A stretch of 64,000 bases of DNA, from positions 2,875-66,874 of the forward strand of contig JAJNQA010000021.1 of assembly GCA_021155085.1 (NCBI GenBank), written 5' to 3'. Of the stretch, positions 26,083 to 36,518 are shown in pieces. The stretch is from Heliomicrobium sp. (GTDB taxonomy: Bacteria; Acidobacteriota; Blastocatellia; RBC074). Each line of letters starts with the position of its first letter. Position 1 is the stretch's first letter. Under the pieces are notes generated by a model. The model saw only the letters and a list, made by a program, of their open reading frames with translations. It had not been told where the DNA came from and ran no database searches. The position numbers were made by a program, and so were the translations under genes.

Positions 26083-27489
26083 TTATCCACCGAACCAGCC
26101 GCCGCCGCTGCGTCCATAGGAACCGGAACGTCCAGAGCGCGTTCCGGTCACGCGGCCATCGCTTCCCATGCGCACGCTGGTGCGCCCGAAACCGCTTGGC
26201 TTGGTTCTTCCGACACCGGTTGCTCCGGGGGATGTACCGACCCGAGAAGCGCTGAAAACCGTCGGACGTGATTGGGGTTGGTAACTGGGCGGCTGGAACG
26301 TCGGCCGCGAATTAATCGGCGGTGGCGGAAGGCTGCGCCCGCCGCCATATCCATAAACATAGCTTGGGCGGCTGTAATAATAGTGGTCGTAAAACCACCA
26401 ATGTGAAAACGGCGAGCCACCATAGTAATAATGCCGCACCACTGTTGATGAGGTATTGGTGGGCGAAGTCCCGGTCGCACCGCTGGTCGCTGTCAAAGGT
26501 TGATCGTAAGGTTTGAACTCGGACAACGGCAGCATGCGGACGTTAATGCCGTTTTTCTGCCATTCGACGAAATCTTCGTTGATATCGTCGAGTTCCTGCT
26601 TCTGCGTCTGGTCTTTGGTCAGGTAAATGACTTGCTGAATACCACGTTGTTTCAATTGATCAGCGGGAGGTAATTTGGCCAGATAACGATTGTCGAACTG
26701 CGTGTCCTGGTCGGCATAAGCCGCCAGACGATTCCCATCAAGCAACATCAATGCCGGCGAATTCTCCTTCAGCTTTGAGCGCTTCTCTTCTATTTCGTGA
26801 GCGTAATAGACCATCGCCCCCAGGGTTTCGTGCGCTCGCACCACGCCAAGCGGATGCGGATAATTGTCGAAGACAGGCACCAGAACCGCAGTATCCGCCA
26901 TGACTGCGCCAACGGCGATGGAAGCCGGTCCTGGCAAATCCGAAATGATCAATGTCTGATTGGCGTTGGCAGACGACGCGATCAATGTGCGCAACCCTTC
27001 GGCCCGGCTGTAAACATCAATCATCTCGTTCGTCCGTAGCGGTTTAATCTGGCTCCCGAGCGACGTTTGCGAAAGTGACTGTATCAGCGTCGGCACAAAG
27101 AACGGTTGCCAGCGAGAATCGCGCGGTTGGTAAATGGAGATTAGATAGTTTGGGTCATAGGCGCTCCAGGTTTTGCCCGCACTATCCGTTGCAGTCAGCC
27201 CTGCCGGAAAGACAAGCGATTTTTCGGTCGAGCCGACGTTCCATTCCTTGCGCTGCAATTCGAGCGAGTCAAGAGAGACTTCGGGCTCGTCATCCCCTGA
27301 CAGCTTGTAGACCGTCAATCCAGCCATGCCAAGCGCCGCCGTCCACATCAATCCCTTGCCAAGTTTGCGACGCGAAAGATGATTCGTAAACCATCCAGCG
27401 GGAGAATTATTCTGCGATGAATTTTTCATTAATGATCCTGCTTGGGCGGGCTCTTTCTTCCAGTATTTATTCGTGCGTTTCCTGGCCAT
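26083..27489 (-). CDS. Hypothetical exported protein with a possible Tat-type signal, an aromatic-rich segment and a Gly/Ser/Arg-rich C-terminal tail. An alternative start lies at 27429.
   Basis: SRRKLGKGLMWTAALGMAGL resembles a twin-arginine signal. The C-terminus reads HYYYGGSPFSHWWFYDHYYYSRPSYVYGYGGG...GRSGSYGRSGGGWFGG. Confidence 0.45.
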   Translation of the reverse strand: MARKRTNKYWKKEPAQAGSLMKNSSQNNSPAGWFTNHLSRRKLGKGLMWTAALGMAGLTVYKLSGDDEPEVSLDSLELQRKEWNVGSTEKSLVFPAGLTATDSAGKTWSAYDPNYLISIYQPRDSRWQPFFVPTLIQSLSQTSLGSQIKPLRTNEMIDVYSRAEGLRTLIASSANANQTLIISDLPGPASIAVGAVMADTAVLVPVFDNYPHPLGVVRAHETLGAMVYYAHEIEEKRSKLKENSPALMLLDGNRLAAYADQDTQFDNRYLAKLPPADQLKQRGIQQVIYLTKDQTQKQELDDINEDFVEWQKNGINVRMLPLSEFKPYDQPLTATSGATGTSPTNTSSTVVRHYYYGGSPFSHWWFYDHYYYSRPSYVYGYGGGRSLPPPPINSRPTFQPPSYQPQSRPTVFSASRVGTSPGATGVGRTKPSGFGRTSVRMGSDGRVTGTRSGRSGSYGRSGGGWFGG

Positions 27490-27509
27490 AATTTAAGCGA
27501 ATCTTTATA

Positions 27510-28955
27510 CTATTGACTGGTCACCGGTTCCAGAATGAAGTCATCCACGGTGAACACTTCTCCAGCCAGCGAGCGAAACCCGAAAGTGCCATAGAGAAAC
27601 TTTCCCTTTGTACTTCTTCCGTCCTCCCAAAACCCCAAGTCATCCTTCTGCCCGCTTATATTGGAAGTAATCCAATGTTGAATCTTGTGTCCGGTCACTT
27701 CCAGCGTAATCGTGTAGGAAGCCTCCTGATTCAATTCCGTCAAAATCGGGATGGGAGTGCCAACTTCTATAGGCTCCCTGCCATCTTCAACCAGATAAGT
27801 GTAAAAACGTTTCGGACCGTCCGGATGCGTGGAGTTCGGCCCCGCTAGGTGAAACAGGTAATAGTTGCGGCCTTCCTTATCGGCGCGTACTGCCCACGTC
27901 GCCCCTTTGCCATCATCCAGCCAGATAGTGAAGTTGATCTGCAGAATATCCCGGTACGTTTTATCTTTCAGCAATCCAAGCTGCGCCCCTTTCACCCGCA
28001 ACCGCTTGTTCCGCGCATCGCCCACCAATTCCCAGCTCGCTGGGAAACTCCATTGCGACAGCGTGCTGAAGAAATCCGTCCACCCCGCCGAAGTCACAAC
28101 CGGATCAAGTTTGACTGTAATCGTTCGCGGCCCTGGTGCCAGTATCTCTCTCCGCGACCAGGGCTGAAATCCCAATAGTTCAACCCCAATTGTTCGCTCG
28201 ACAGCGCGATCCAGTTCGTAATCTATTCTGACGGTTCCGTCATCCCTGATTTTCCCCTGCATCGCGCCATCAATCAGAACAGTCGCGCCAACTGGCCCTT
28301 GAACAGTCAACTTGGCAACTCGAGCCAGAGAGATTCGCCAATTGGCAATAGAAGTACCTGCTTCCAATCCCTTCAAGCTGTCCGTGTAATCGTTGTATTC
28401 AGGATGGCGAATCAGAAGTGAGTGGTCCCCTGGCTTCAAATCATTGATGCTAGCCATCCCGGTCTGGTCCGCTGTTGTCCTGGGCTGATCGTCAATAAAG
28501 ACCTCCGCTTTTGCCGGCAATCCACTCAACACAAGCGTAGCAAACTTCGGAGTCAATTTCAGCCGGATGATTTCACTTGTCTTTAGCGCCCTGGCTTTGC
28601 CCGAAGCATTTAGATAGCCAGGGAAACTCGCCTCGACCAGATAGGTTTTCCCCCGTGGCAACTGGATTTCAGCCTGGCCGTCTTTGTCCGCACTGAAATC
28701 TTCTATGATGCGCCCGGCGATGTCTTTGACCACGATCCGGCCATTGATCACAGGATCAAGAACGATAGCCAATACGCTTTTCGATGGCTGAGCGGGAATT
28801 GATTTAAAGACGACCCGCTCTGTCGAAGAACGCTCGCGCGGCTTTTCGACAGTATACTGACGCTGTGCAAATGCAACTTGTGATGGAAGGAAAAGCCAGA
28901 TGAAGGCCAAAGAGAAAATTGGACGAAACGGAATTGAGTGCTTGAGAGTGATCAT
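27510..28955 (-). CDS. Secreted protein with PEGA-like beta-sandwich repeats and a C-terminal DUF1080/concanavalin-like domain (tentative).
   Basis: Signal peptide IFSLAFIWLFLPSQVAFA. The C-terminus GTFGFRSLAGEVFTVDDFILE resembles the DUF1080 terminal motif. Confidence 0.45.
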   Translation of the reverse strand: MITLKHSIPFRPIFSLAFIWLFLPSQVAFAQRQYTVEKPRERSSTERVVFKSIPAQPSKSVLAIVLDPVINGRIVVKDIAGRIIEDFSADKDGQAEIQLPRGKTYLVEASFPGYLNASGKARALKTSEIIRLKLTPKFATLVLSGLPAKAEVFIDDQPRTTADQTGMASINDLKPGDHSLLIRHPEYNDYTDSLKGLEAGTSIANWRISLARVAKLTVQGPVGATVLIDGAMQGKIRDDGTVRIDYELDRAVERTIGVELLGFQPWSRREILAPGPRTITVKLDPVVTSAGWTDFFSTLSQWSFPASWELVGDARNKRLRVKGAQLGLLKDKTYRDILQINFTIWLDDGKGATWAVRADKEGRNYYLFHLAGPNSTHPDGPKRFYTYLVEDGREPIEVGTPIPILTELNQEASYTITLEVTGHKIQHWITSNISGQKDDLGFWEDGRSTKGKFLYGTFGFRSLAGEVFTVDDFILEPVTSQ

Positions 28956-28982
28956 CTTTGAAAACGCCAAAGTGTGATGAGA

Positions 28983-30887
<1,905 letters not shown>

Positions 30888-30955
30888 ATAATCCGGTTGC
30901 TGGTGACCGCCTGCAGATCAAGCGTGTTTCTAAATCCGCAAGCGATCAGCAGCAA

Positions 30956-31732
30956 TCATTTCGTCGGCCGTTTGAAGTTCAACACACAATCCTGATCACG
31001 CAAACTGACCGTCAGCGTAAAATTTCCAATGCGCAGTCGGTCCCCATCACTTAACTCTGCCAAACTCACCCGCTCTTCATTCAAATGGGTACCATTAGCG
31101 CTATCGAGATCGCAGACAAAATATTTCCCGCCATGCCGCTCAATCGCCACATGATTCCTGGAGATATTATCCCCATCAAGCACAACTTGGTTGTCAGTTC
31201 GGCGGCCGATCGTTATCCGTTCTTCGCCAAACGGTTGTGTAACACCTTCTTCCAGCCCCTTGATGACAATATGCGGATTCAACTCAATCACAGGTGGCAA
31301 ATGATGAGGCATCGTCTCACGACTTTTTAGTCCCCCGGTTCCCACCGAGGATGTGAGATGAACAAACAGGATGTTATGGCCGATGCGAAGCTGATCGCCA
31401 TCTTGTAACTGCGCCTGCTGTACGCGCTGACCATTGATGAATGTCCCGTTGCGGCTGAAATCGTGCAGGAGATAAACGACCCCGAGGCGAACAATTTCGC
31501 AGTGTAATCTGGACACCGTTTCCCCATCCAACACGACATCACAATTTTCTCCACGGCCTAATGAGGTGTGATGTTTGGTCAAAAATAGGTCGGTCCGCCC
31601 AGCACACAAACCACCAACAAAGCTTAAACAAAGCTTGCTAGCAGGAGAACTGGTTGTTGATCGCCCTCTGTCCAGTCTGATGGAAAAAGCAGATTCAAAC
31701 TGACGGGTAAAATCGTGTTCCTGGCCGATCAC
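30956..31732 (-). CDS. Protein containing two FHA domains.
   Basis: Two FHA cores are present: GRGENCDVVL...VSRLHCEI...NGTFING and IGRRTDNQVVL...ISRNHVAI...NGTHLN. Lies immediately upstream of the kinase. Confidence 0.8.
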   Translation of the reverse strand: MIGQEHDFTRQFESAFSIRLDRGRSTTSSPASKLCLSFVGGLCAGRTDLFLTKHHTSLGRGENCDVVLDGETVSRLHCEIVRLGVVYLLHDFSRNGTFINGQRVQQAQLQDGDQLRIGHNILFVHLTSSVGTGGLKSRETMPHHLPPVIELNPHIVIKGLEEGVTQPFGEERITIGRRTDNQVVLDGDNISRNHVAIERHGGKYFVCDLDSANGTHLNEERVSLAELSDGDRLRIGNFTLTVSLRDQDCVLNFKRPTK

Positions 31733-32309
31733 GGTTGATTCAATCTCCCTGAATCATATCAATCTTCAGGATTAAGCAGCATTACCCAACTATATAAATG
31801 TTGGATTGCCGCAAGTGTCTTTTAAATTTTATTGCTAAATGCGTCGAGGCAACCACTATTTGAAACCACTCAAACAAGCGCCTAGCAAAAGAGAAGGTAG
31901 CTTAGCACGACGTTATTGCTTTGGCTAGCCAACTGACTTACGACCAGCGTGGAAGAATCAGGGTGGGCGATTGCTGTTGGCGGAATAAATCTGCTAGAAA
32001 AAAATTCTGATGCTAGCGGATTTTGTGGTTAGCGTTTGATGCCCAGAAATGGTTGGGATGGATGAGTCTGATGTTCTGAGCTCTTGGGTGATGAAGCCAA
32101 CAGAGCCGGTCCCCATCTCGACATTCCGTGGACAGCAGCATATCTATCTGTTCTTTGACAGTGAAGAGGACTACAAGGCGTGCGTGGCGGACCTGAGCAA
32201 ATACCCGGCGTTTCTGCTCAAACAGTACCAGCAAAACCCGGAACTATTCCCGCAAGCGTTTGCCGCCAGTTTCGATTGCTGCAGTTCAGGCAAACAGAAG
32301 GACCTTGTG

Positions 32310-32909
32310 CTACGGTGCATCCGGCACAAGCAGGGTGGAGAGGTCTTTACGCTGCGCCCATCCTTCGTCCTTCCCTACTTGATCTGATGCACCGAAGAAG
32401 TAGAAAAGGCTCTCTACTTGCGCCAGTGTGACGTGCCGTTTAAGGCGCTCGCCGATGTTCTCGGGCGCGACGCAATGTACTGGAATCGTGCCTGGATGGC
32501 CTTCGGCCGTCCGAATCTGGGCGACATGACTGTCAAAGTTGCTGGGCGAATGCCCGGACACCTGGTCGCCGATGAAAAGATCTCCTAGCTCGACAAAGCC
32601 GGACTCTGTGTCCCGGCGACTGTCGGCGATGGCTGCCTGCTGGGGATTCGCCTGGCGGGTGGAGCGGCCGAAATGGTCGAAAAACTCTGTGCCCAATGCG
32701 AAGCGTTCCTTCCGACCTATGATTGTCAGGGGCGGCGCGCACCTCGAACGCGGTGAATTTGGCTGCTCCATGTGAGGGACCGGAATCTGTACGCGATGCG
32801 CTACCGCAACGACACAAAGCACGCGCGATCGGCAGACTGGGCAACGGCTAGGCAGTGGAACTTTCATCCTTACGGGAAAAGATTGCGAAAACTTGACAGG
32901 ATCAAGCAA
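32310..32909 (-). pseudogene. Possible degenerate MBL-fold (GloB-like) remnant. Very tentative.
   Basis: LFIGDQVSGH...TIPVHCVAPE weakly parallels the GloB C-terminal LFxGDTLFSGG...TLVxxAHE. The N-terminal His motifs are absent (TEFFDHFG). It overlaps a 112-aa ORF on the + strand (32049..32387). Confidence 0.2.
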
Positions 32910-32959
32910 ATTCTCGCCTTTTGCAAAATAATAGCCAAGCGTGACAAGAAGTCAGGGCC

Positions 32960-32976
32960 TGTCAATAATATTGACA
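32960..32976. promoter_or_regulatory. Perfect palindrome TGTCAATA-A-TATTGACA, a candidate operator.
   Basis: Read directly. It sits in an AT-rich intergenic region containing several TTGACA-like hexamers. Confidence 0.4.
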
Positions 32977-33141
32977 GCAAGATTTACCTTTAGATTATGT
33001 CGCAATGCGTGAGTACAACGTTTTTTTCATAGTGACTGCTCTTGCAGCAGTTCCAGTATTCAAAAAGTGCGTCTTTAATACCGTTTATAGTTTATAAAAA
33101 ATATTTGCCTGGCTTTAGTCTGGCCTTCTGCCAGTAGCTCC

Positions 33142-33181
33142 ATAAATCAACACAAAATCAGATAAATCAACACAAAATCAG
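33142..33181. repeat. Tandem direct repeat (2 x ~19 bp, ataaatcaacacaaaatcag).
   Basis: Read directly, within the AT-rich region upstream of the 33608 gene. Confidence 0.6.
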
Positions 33182-33607
33182 AATGATAAGGCTTAGACTA
33201 ATGAAATGCTGGTTGACTCCCCCTATAAACGCGGCTACAATCTGAGCGCGTTGGCAGCGAACCTCAATCCTTCTCTCGTGAAGTGACCCTTTCGCAGTCA
33301 CGCCTCTGTCCCTGATAATTAGCTTTCAAAAGTGGTCAAGTCAATAATCCTGAAGCTCCTTTATGCATTTGCCGGGGACAGTGGTAGTGCGTGAACTTAT
33401 TATAAAGAGCATCCCCGTTGAAGTTCTCACTGGGTAACAGGAATAATTAACTTTCGAATTCACTTGAATTTCAATTCTGTTGGCTGGTCGTGCCTTAACC
33501 CCGAATGGCTGGATTCAGGCAGGAAATATAGGGTCATGAACGTTATTATACTTTCACCCTGATCAAGCTTGTTTCTGGGCTAATGCCGCTATTAAGAGGA
33601 GAACAGG

Positions 33608-34738
33608 ATGCGAGCCTCACGTCGCCGTCTATTGTTCGGGTTTTCATATACCATCGTTTCTGCTTTACTATTTTTTGTCCTAACGCTTGATGCCAATGCG
33701 CAGGGAATCGCTGGCTTGCCTGGTAGTGCGAGTGACGCGGCTTTGGGTCGGGGAGTTAGCGACAACAAGCTTGGCAGTGTGCTTTTCTTCAACTACTACG
33801 TCAGTGATGCATTGAGTTCACAGGTCAATACTCGTATCAATATTACGAATGCACATGCAACACAAGATATTGTTGTGCATGTATTTTTTGTTGACAGTAG
33901 TACATGCAATATTGCCGATGCATTCATCTGTCTGACTGGCAATCAAACGACTACATTCCTCGCCTCGGATCTTGATCCGAATGTGGCTGGTTATTTGGTC
34001 GTGATCGCAGTTGATTCTCAAGGTCGCCCGGTCAGTTTCAACTATCTGGCTGGAGACGAGTTGGTAGTAACGCCAACAGGGCATAGGTTTGGCTTAGCTG
34101 CCATGGCTGCGGCACGCCGCGATGGCAATTTCGCCTCGCCAGCTAATTCTGATGGCACCACCGCCACAATGTTTTTTAACGGCACACAATACGATTTTCT
34201 GCCATACGCAATGGTGCTCGATAGTTTTCCGAGCCAGGTATCTGGAGTAGGTGCGCCATTAGCTGACACAAGATTATATGCTTATTCTCCGCTTCCTGAT
34301 CTAGCCACTGGTGGTAGTGCATTTAGTGGCACCTTATTCTTTCTCGTTCACAACGATACTGAGAATACCTTTTCAGGACAGCTTCCATTAAATTGCTATC
34401 TGGCTTCTGACAAACAACGAATTACATCTGTTCGTACCTCACCCCCGATAAACACAATTATTCCCAGCGGACGCACTGGTTGGGCCAGTTTTTACGCCAA
34501 CGGAAGTCAGAGGGTAGTTTGCAATACATCTGGCGCGACTGTGACGCTCGCCAACGTGCCTCTGATGGGCGCAACAGCAACAAAAGTCGGATCGTTTACA
34601 GGCGGACAAAATCTGCGGATTGCGACAACGTTCAATGCGCAGGGGTTGTCGGGTTATTCAATCACAGTTCCGCTCATTCCGCCGTCTTGTGGCTCAAGCG
34701 TTGATTACCCAACTAACGGGAGCACATTGTGTCCTTAA
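33608..34738 (+). CDS. Secreted protein of unknown family. Its N-terminal domain is paralogous to the N-domain of the FG-GAP protein at 4169..6724.
   Basis: RBS AAGAGGAG. Signal/TM LLFGFSYTIVSALLFFVLTLDANA. The block GSVLFFNYYVSD...VHVFFVDSSTCNIADAFICLTGNQTT...GYLVVIAVDSQGRPVSFNYLAGDE aligns with GSVLIYNFYNSD...VHLFFVRQPGCGVSDTYLCVTAGATV...GYAVAVAVDKTTGQPLGFNYLTGSE. GC is lower than the surroundings. Confidence 0.6.
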   Translation: MRASRRRLLFGFSYTIVSALLFFVLTLDANAQGIAGLPGSASDAALGRGVSDNKLGSVLFFNYYVSDALSSQVNTRINITNAHATQDIVVHVFFVDSSTCNIADAFICLTGNQTTTFLASDLDPNVAGYLVVIAVDSQGRPVSFNYLAGDELVVTPTGHRFGLAAMAAARRDGNFASPANSDGTTATMFFNGTQYDFLPYAMVLDSFPSQVSGVGAPLADTRLYAYSPLPDLATGGSAFSGTLFFLVHNDTENTFSGQLPLNCYLASDKQRITSVRTSPPINTIIPSGRTGWASFYANGSQRVVCNTSGATVTLANVPLMGATATKVGSFTGGQNLRIATTFNAQGLSGYSITVPLIPPSCGSSVDYPTNGSTLCP

Positions 34739-34836
34739 TTTGACAAATGTGGAAGGCTGCATCACCTCACACAATTCCTCATACACGAGCCACTGCAAAT
34801 ATGGCTAAAGTTGCCAACAGCAGTTGCTCATTCAAG

Positions 34837-34876
34837 GGCACAATCAAATTGTTGTGATTGTGCCACTACCTTTTTG
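34837..34876 (+). terminator. Rho-independent terminator.
   Basis: Stem GGCACAATCA / TGATTGTGCC with 8-nt loop, followed by ACTACCTTTTTGCC. Confidence 0.6.
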
Positions 34877-35266
34877 CCTTCCTCTCCCATCCTCAAGCGT
34901 CCTGATCTACAATTCAATCAGAAAGCGGAAATTTTATGAAACTTGACGTGGCTAAGAGCGTGGAACTGTCGGAGTTCTTTTTAAAAGGCAAACTGTGTAC
35001 CGCCACCTAATTGCGTTCATACGCTCATAAATGTTTAAGCACTTACTTCGATGGTTGAGATTGTTTTTATCAACTCGAAGAGATGGACTGTTTTGGTGAA
35101 TATAATAAAAACGGATCCCCTTCAATCCTTTACGATTGTCCCACAGATCGTCTCAGTAGCGAGTTAACCTAGTTCACCCTCACTTGAGCGTCACCAATTA
35201 TTTAATGGCGTACACGGAACTCTACTCACACAAAGCGAACTCAATTCAGCGAGAGCAATACAATTT

Positions 35267-36490
35267 ATGGCAGAGTTTACTTGCAGACTGGGAACCCCCG
35301 CAGGCGAGATTGTGACACGTACCGTTGAAGGTCTGTCCGAGCAAGAACTACGTCTGCGCCTCTCCCAGGAAGGTTATCGAATTTTCTCAGTCGAAACTGC
35401 TGGCGCGATTGCCGGCATGCGAATTCGGAGCGGCAAACAACGTTCTGTTAAGATCAAACTTGACGACTTTCTTCTCTTCAATCAGCAGTTGGCGGCGCTC
35501 TTCCATGCTGGATTGCCGGTCCTACAATCCATTCAGATGTTGCGTCAGCGCTCACCGAATGCGAAACTGCGATCTATTCTGGCCGATGTAGAAGCGCGAA
35601 TTAAATCCGGCAGCGCACTTTCAGAGGCTTTCGCGGCGCAAGGCGAAACCTTTCCGAAGATTTATACCGCCTCGATCCTTGCGGGTGAACGTTCCGGCAA
35701 TCTCGACGAAGTGTTGCGCCGATATGTTGAATTCACAAAATCAATTGCGCAACTCCGGCGAAAGATCCGCGGTGCTCTTACCTATCCGGTTATGCTGCTT
35801 TGTGCAGCGGTAGTGTTGATCATTGTGTTGACGACTTTCGTCATTCCGCAGTTCTCGTCACTTTATGAAAATATGGGCGCTGATTTGCCAAAGATTACAG
35901 TTTTTGTCGTCGGTTTTTCATCGGCAGTACGCGAAAACATCTTCTGGCTTGCACCAGCATTAGTCGGTTTTATCGCCGCAATTATTTCTTGGCGTCGGAC
36001 TGAGAATGGACGACGCACGATGGATCGCTGGATACTAAAGGTTCCGATCATTGGCGAATTGATCAGGCAGATGACGACAGCGCAATTTTCCCGCAGCATG
36101 GCAACGTTGTTGGCAGGTGGCATTACCGTAGTCGAGTCATTCCAAATTGCTCTTGCTTCCGTAGCGAACAGGGAGTTGCTGCGTTCGACCGAACCGGCGC
36201 TCCCCAAAGTCCGTGAGGGCAAGCCATTCACTGAAAGTCTGGCGGAAGCTGGATGGGTTCCTGAATTGGCAACTGATATGATTGGTGTAGGCGAACGCTC
36301 TGGGTCGCTGCGAGAGATGCTGGATGAAGTATCTGGCTTTTACGACGCGGAGACTGAAGTCAAACTTGGCCAGTTGACCAGTTTGATTGAGCCAGCCATC
36401 CTGTTTTTAATGGCTGGAGTTGTAATCACGATTCTTCTGGCAATTTACCTGCCGCTATTGCAAATGGTCAGCAAGGCAGGAGCAGCATAA
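35267..36490 (+). CDS. gspF: Type II secretion system F / type IV pilus PilC-family inner-membrane platform protein.
   Basis: GspF/PilC-like over 407 aa with two T2SSF repeats and three TM segments (e.g. LTYPVMLLCAAVVLIIVLTTFVIPQF). Confidence 0.85.
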   Translation: MAEFTCRLGTPAGEIVTRTVEGLSEQELRLRLSQEGYRIFSVETAGAIAGMRIRSGKQRSVKIKLDDFLLFNQQLAALFHAGLPVLQSIQMLRQRSPNAKLRSILADVEARIKSGSALSEAFAAQGETFPKIYTASILAGERSGNLDEVLRRYVEFTKSIAQLRRKIRGALTYPVMLLCAAVVLIIVLTTFVIPQFSSLYENMGADLPKITVFVVGFSSAVRENIFWLAPALVGFIAAIISWRRTENGRRTMDRWILKVPIIGELIRQMTTAQFSRSMATLLAGGITVVESFQIALASVANRELLRSTEPALPKVREGKPFTESLAEAGWVPELATDMIGVGERSGSLREMLDEVSGFYDAETEVKLGQLTSLIEPAILFLMAGVVITILLAIYLPLLQMVSKAGAA

Positions 36491-36518
36491 TTTCAGATCT
36501 AAGATTTCAAATTAAAAA

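Noticed and set aside
32049-32387. 112-aa plus-strand ORF at the edge of the low-GC island.
   Set aside because: No recognisable family. It overlaps the equally weak minus-strand ORF 32310..32909, so the coding status of either cannot be decided from sequence alone.
34936-35010. 24-aa small ORF (MKLDVAKSVELSEFFLKGKLCTAT) in the leader upstream of gspF/pilC.
   Set aside because: No convincing RBS and no conservation evidence available. It is likely a chance ORF in AT-rich DNA.
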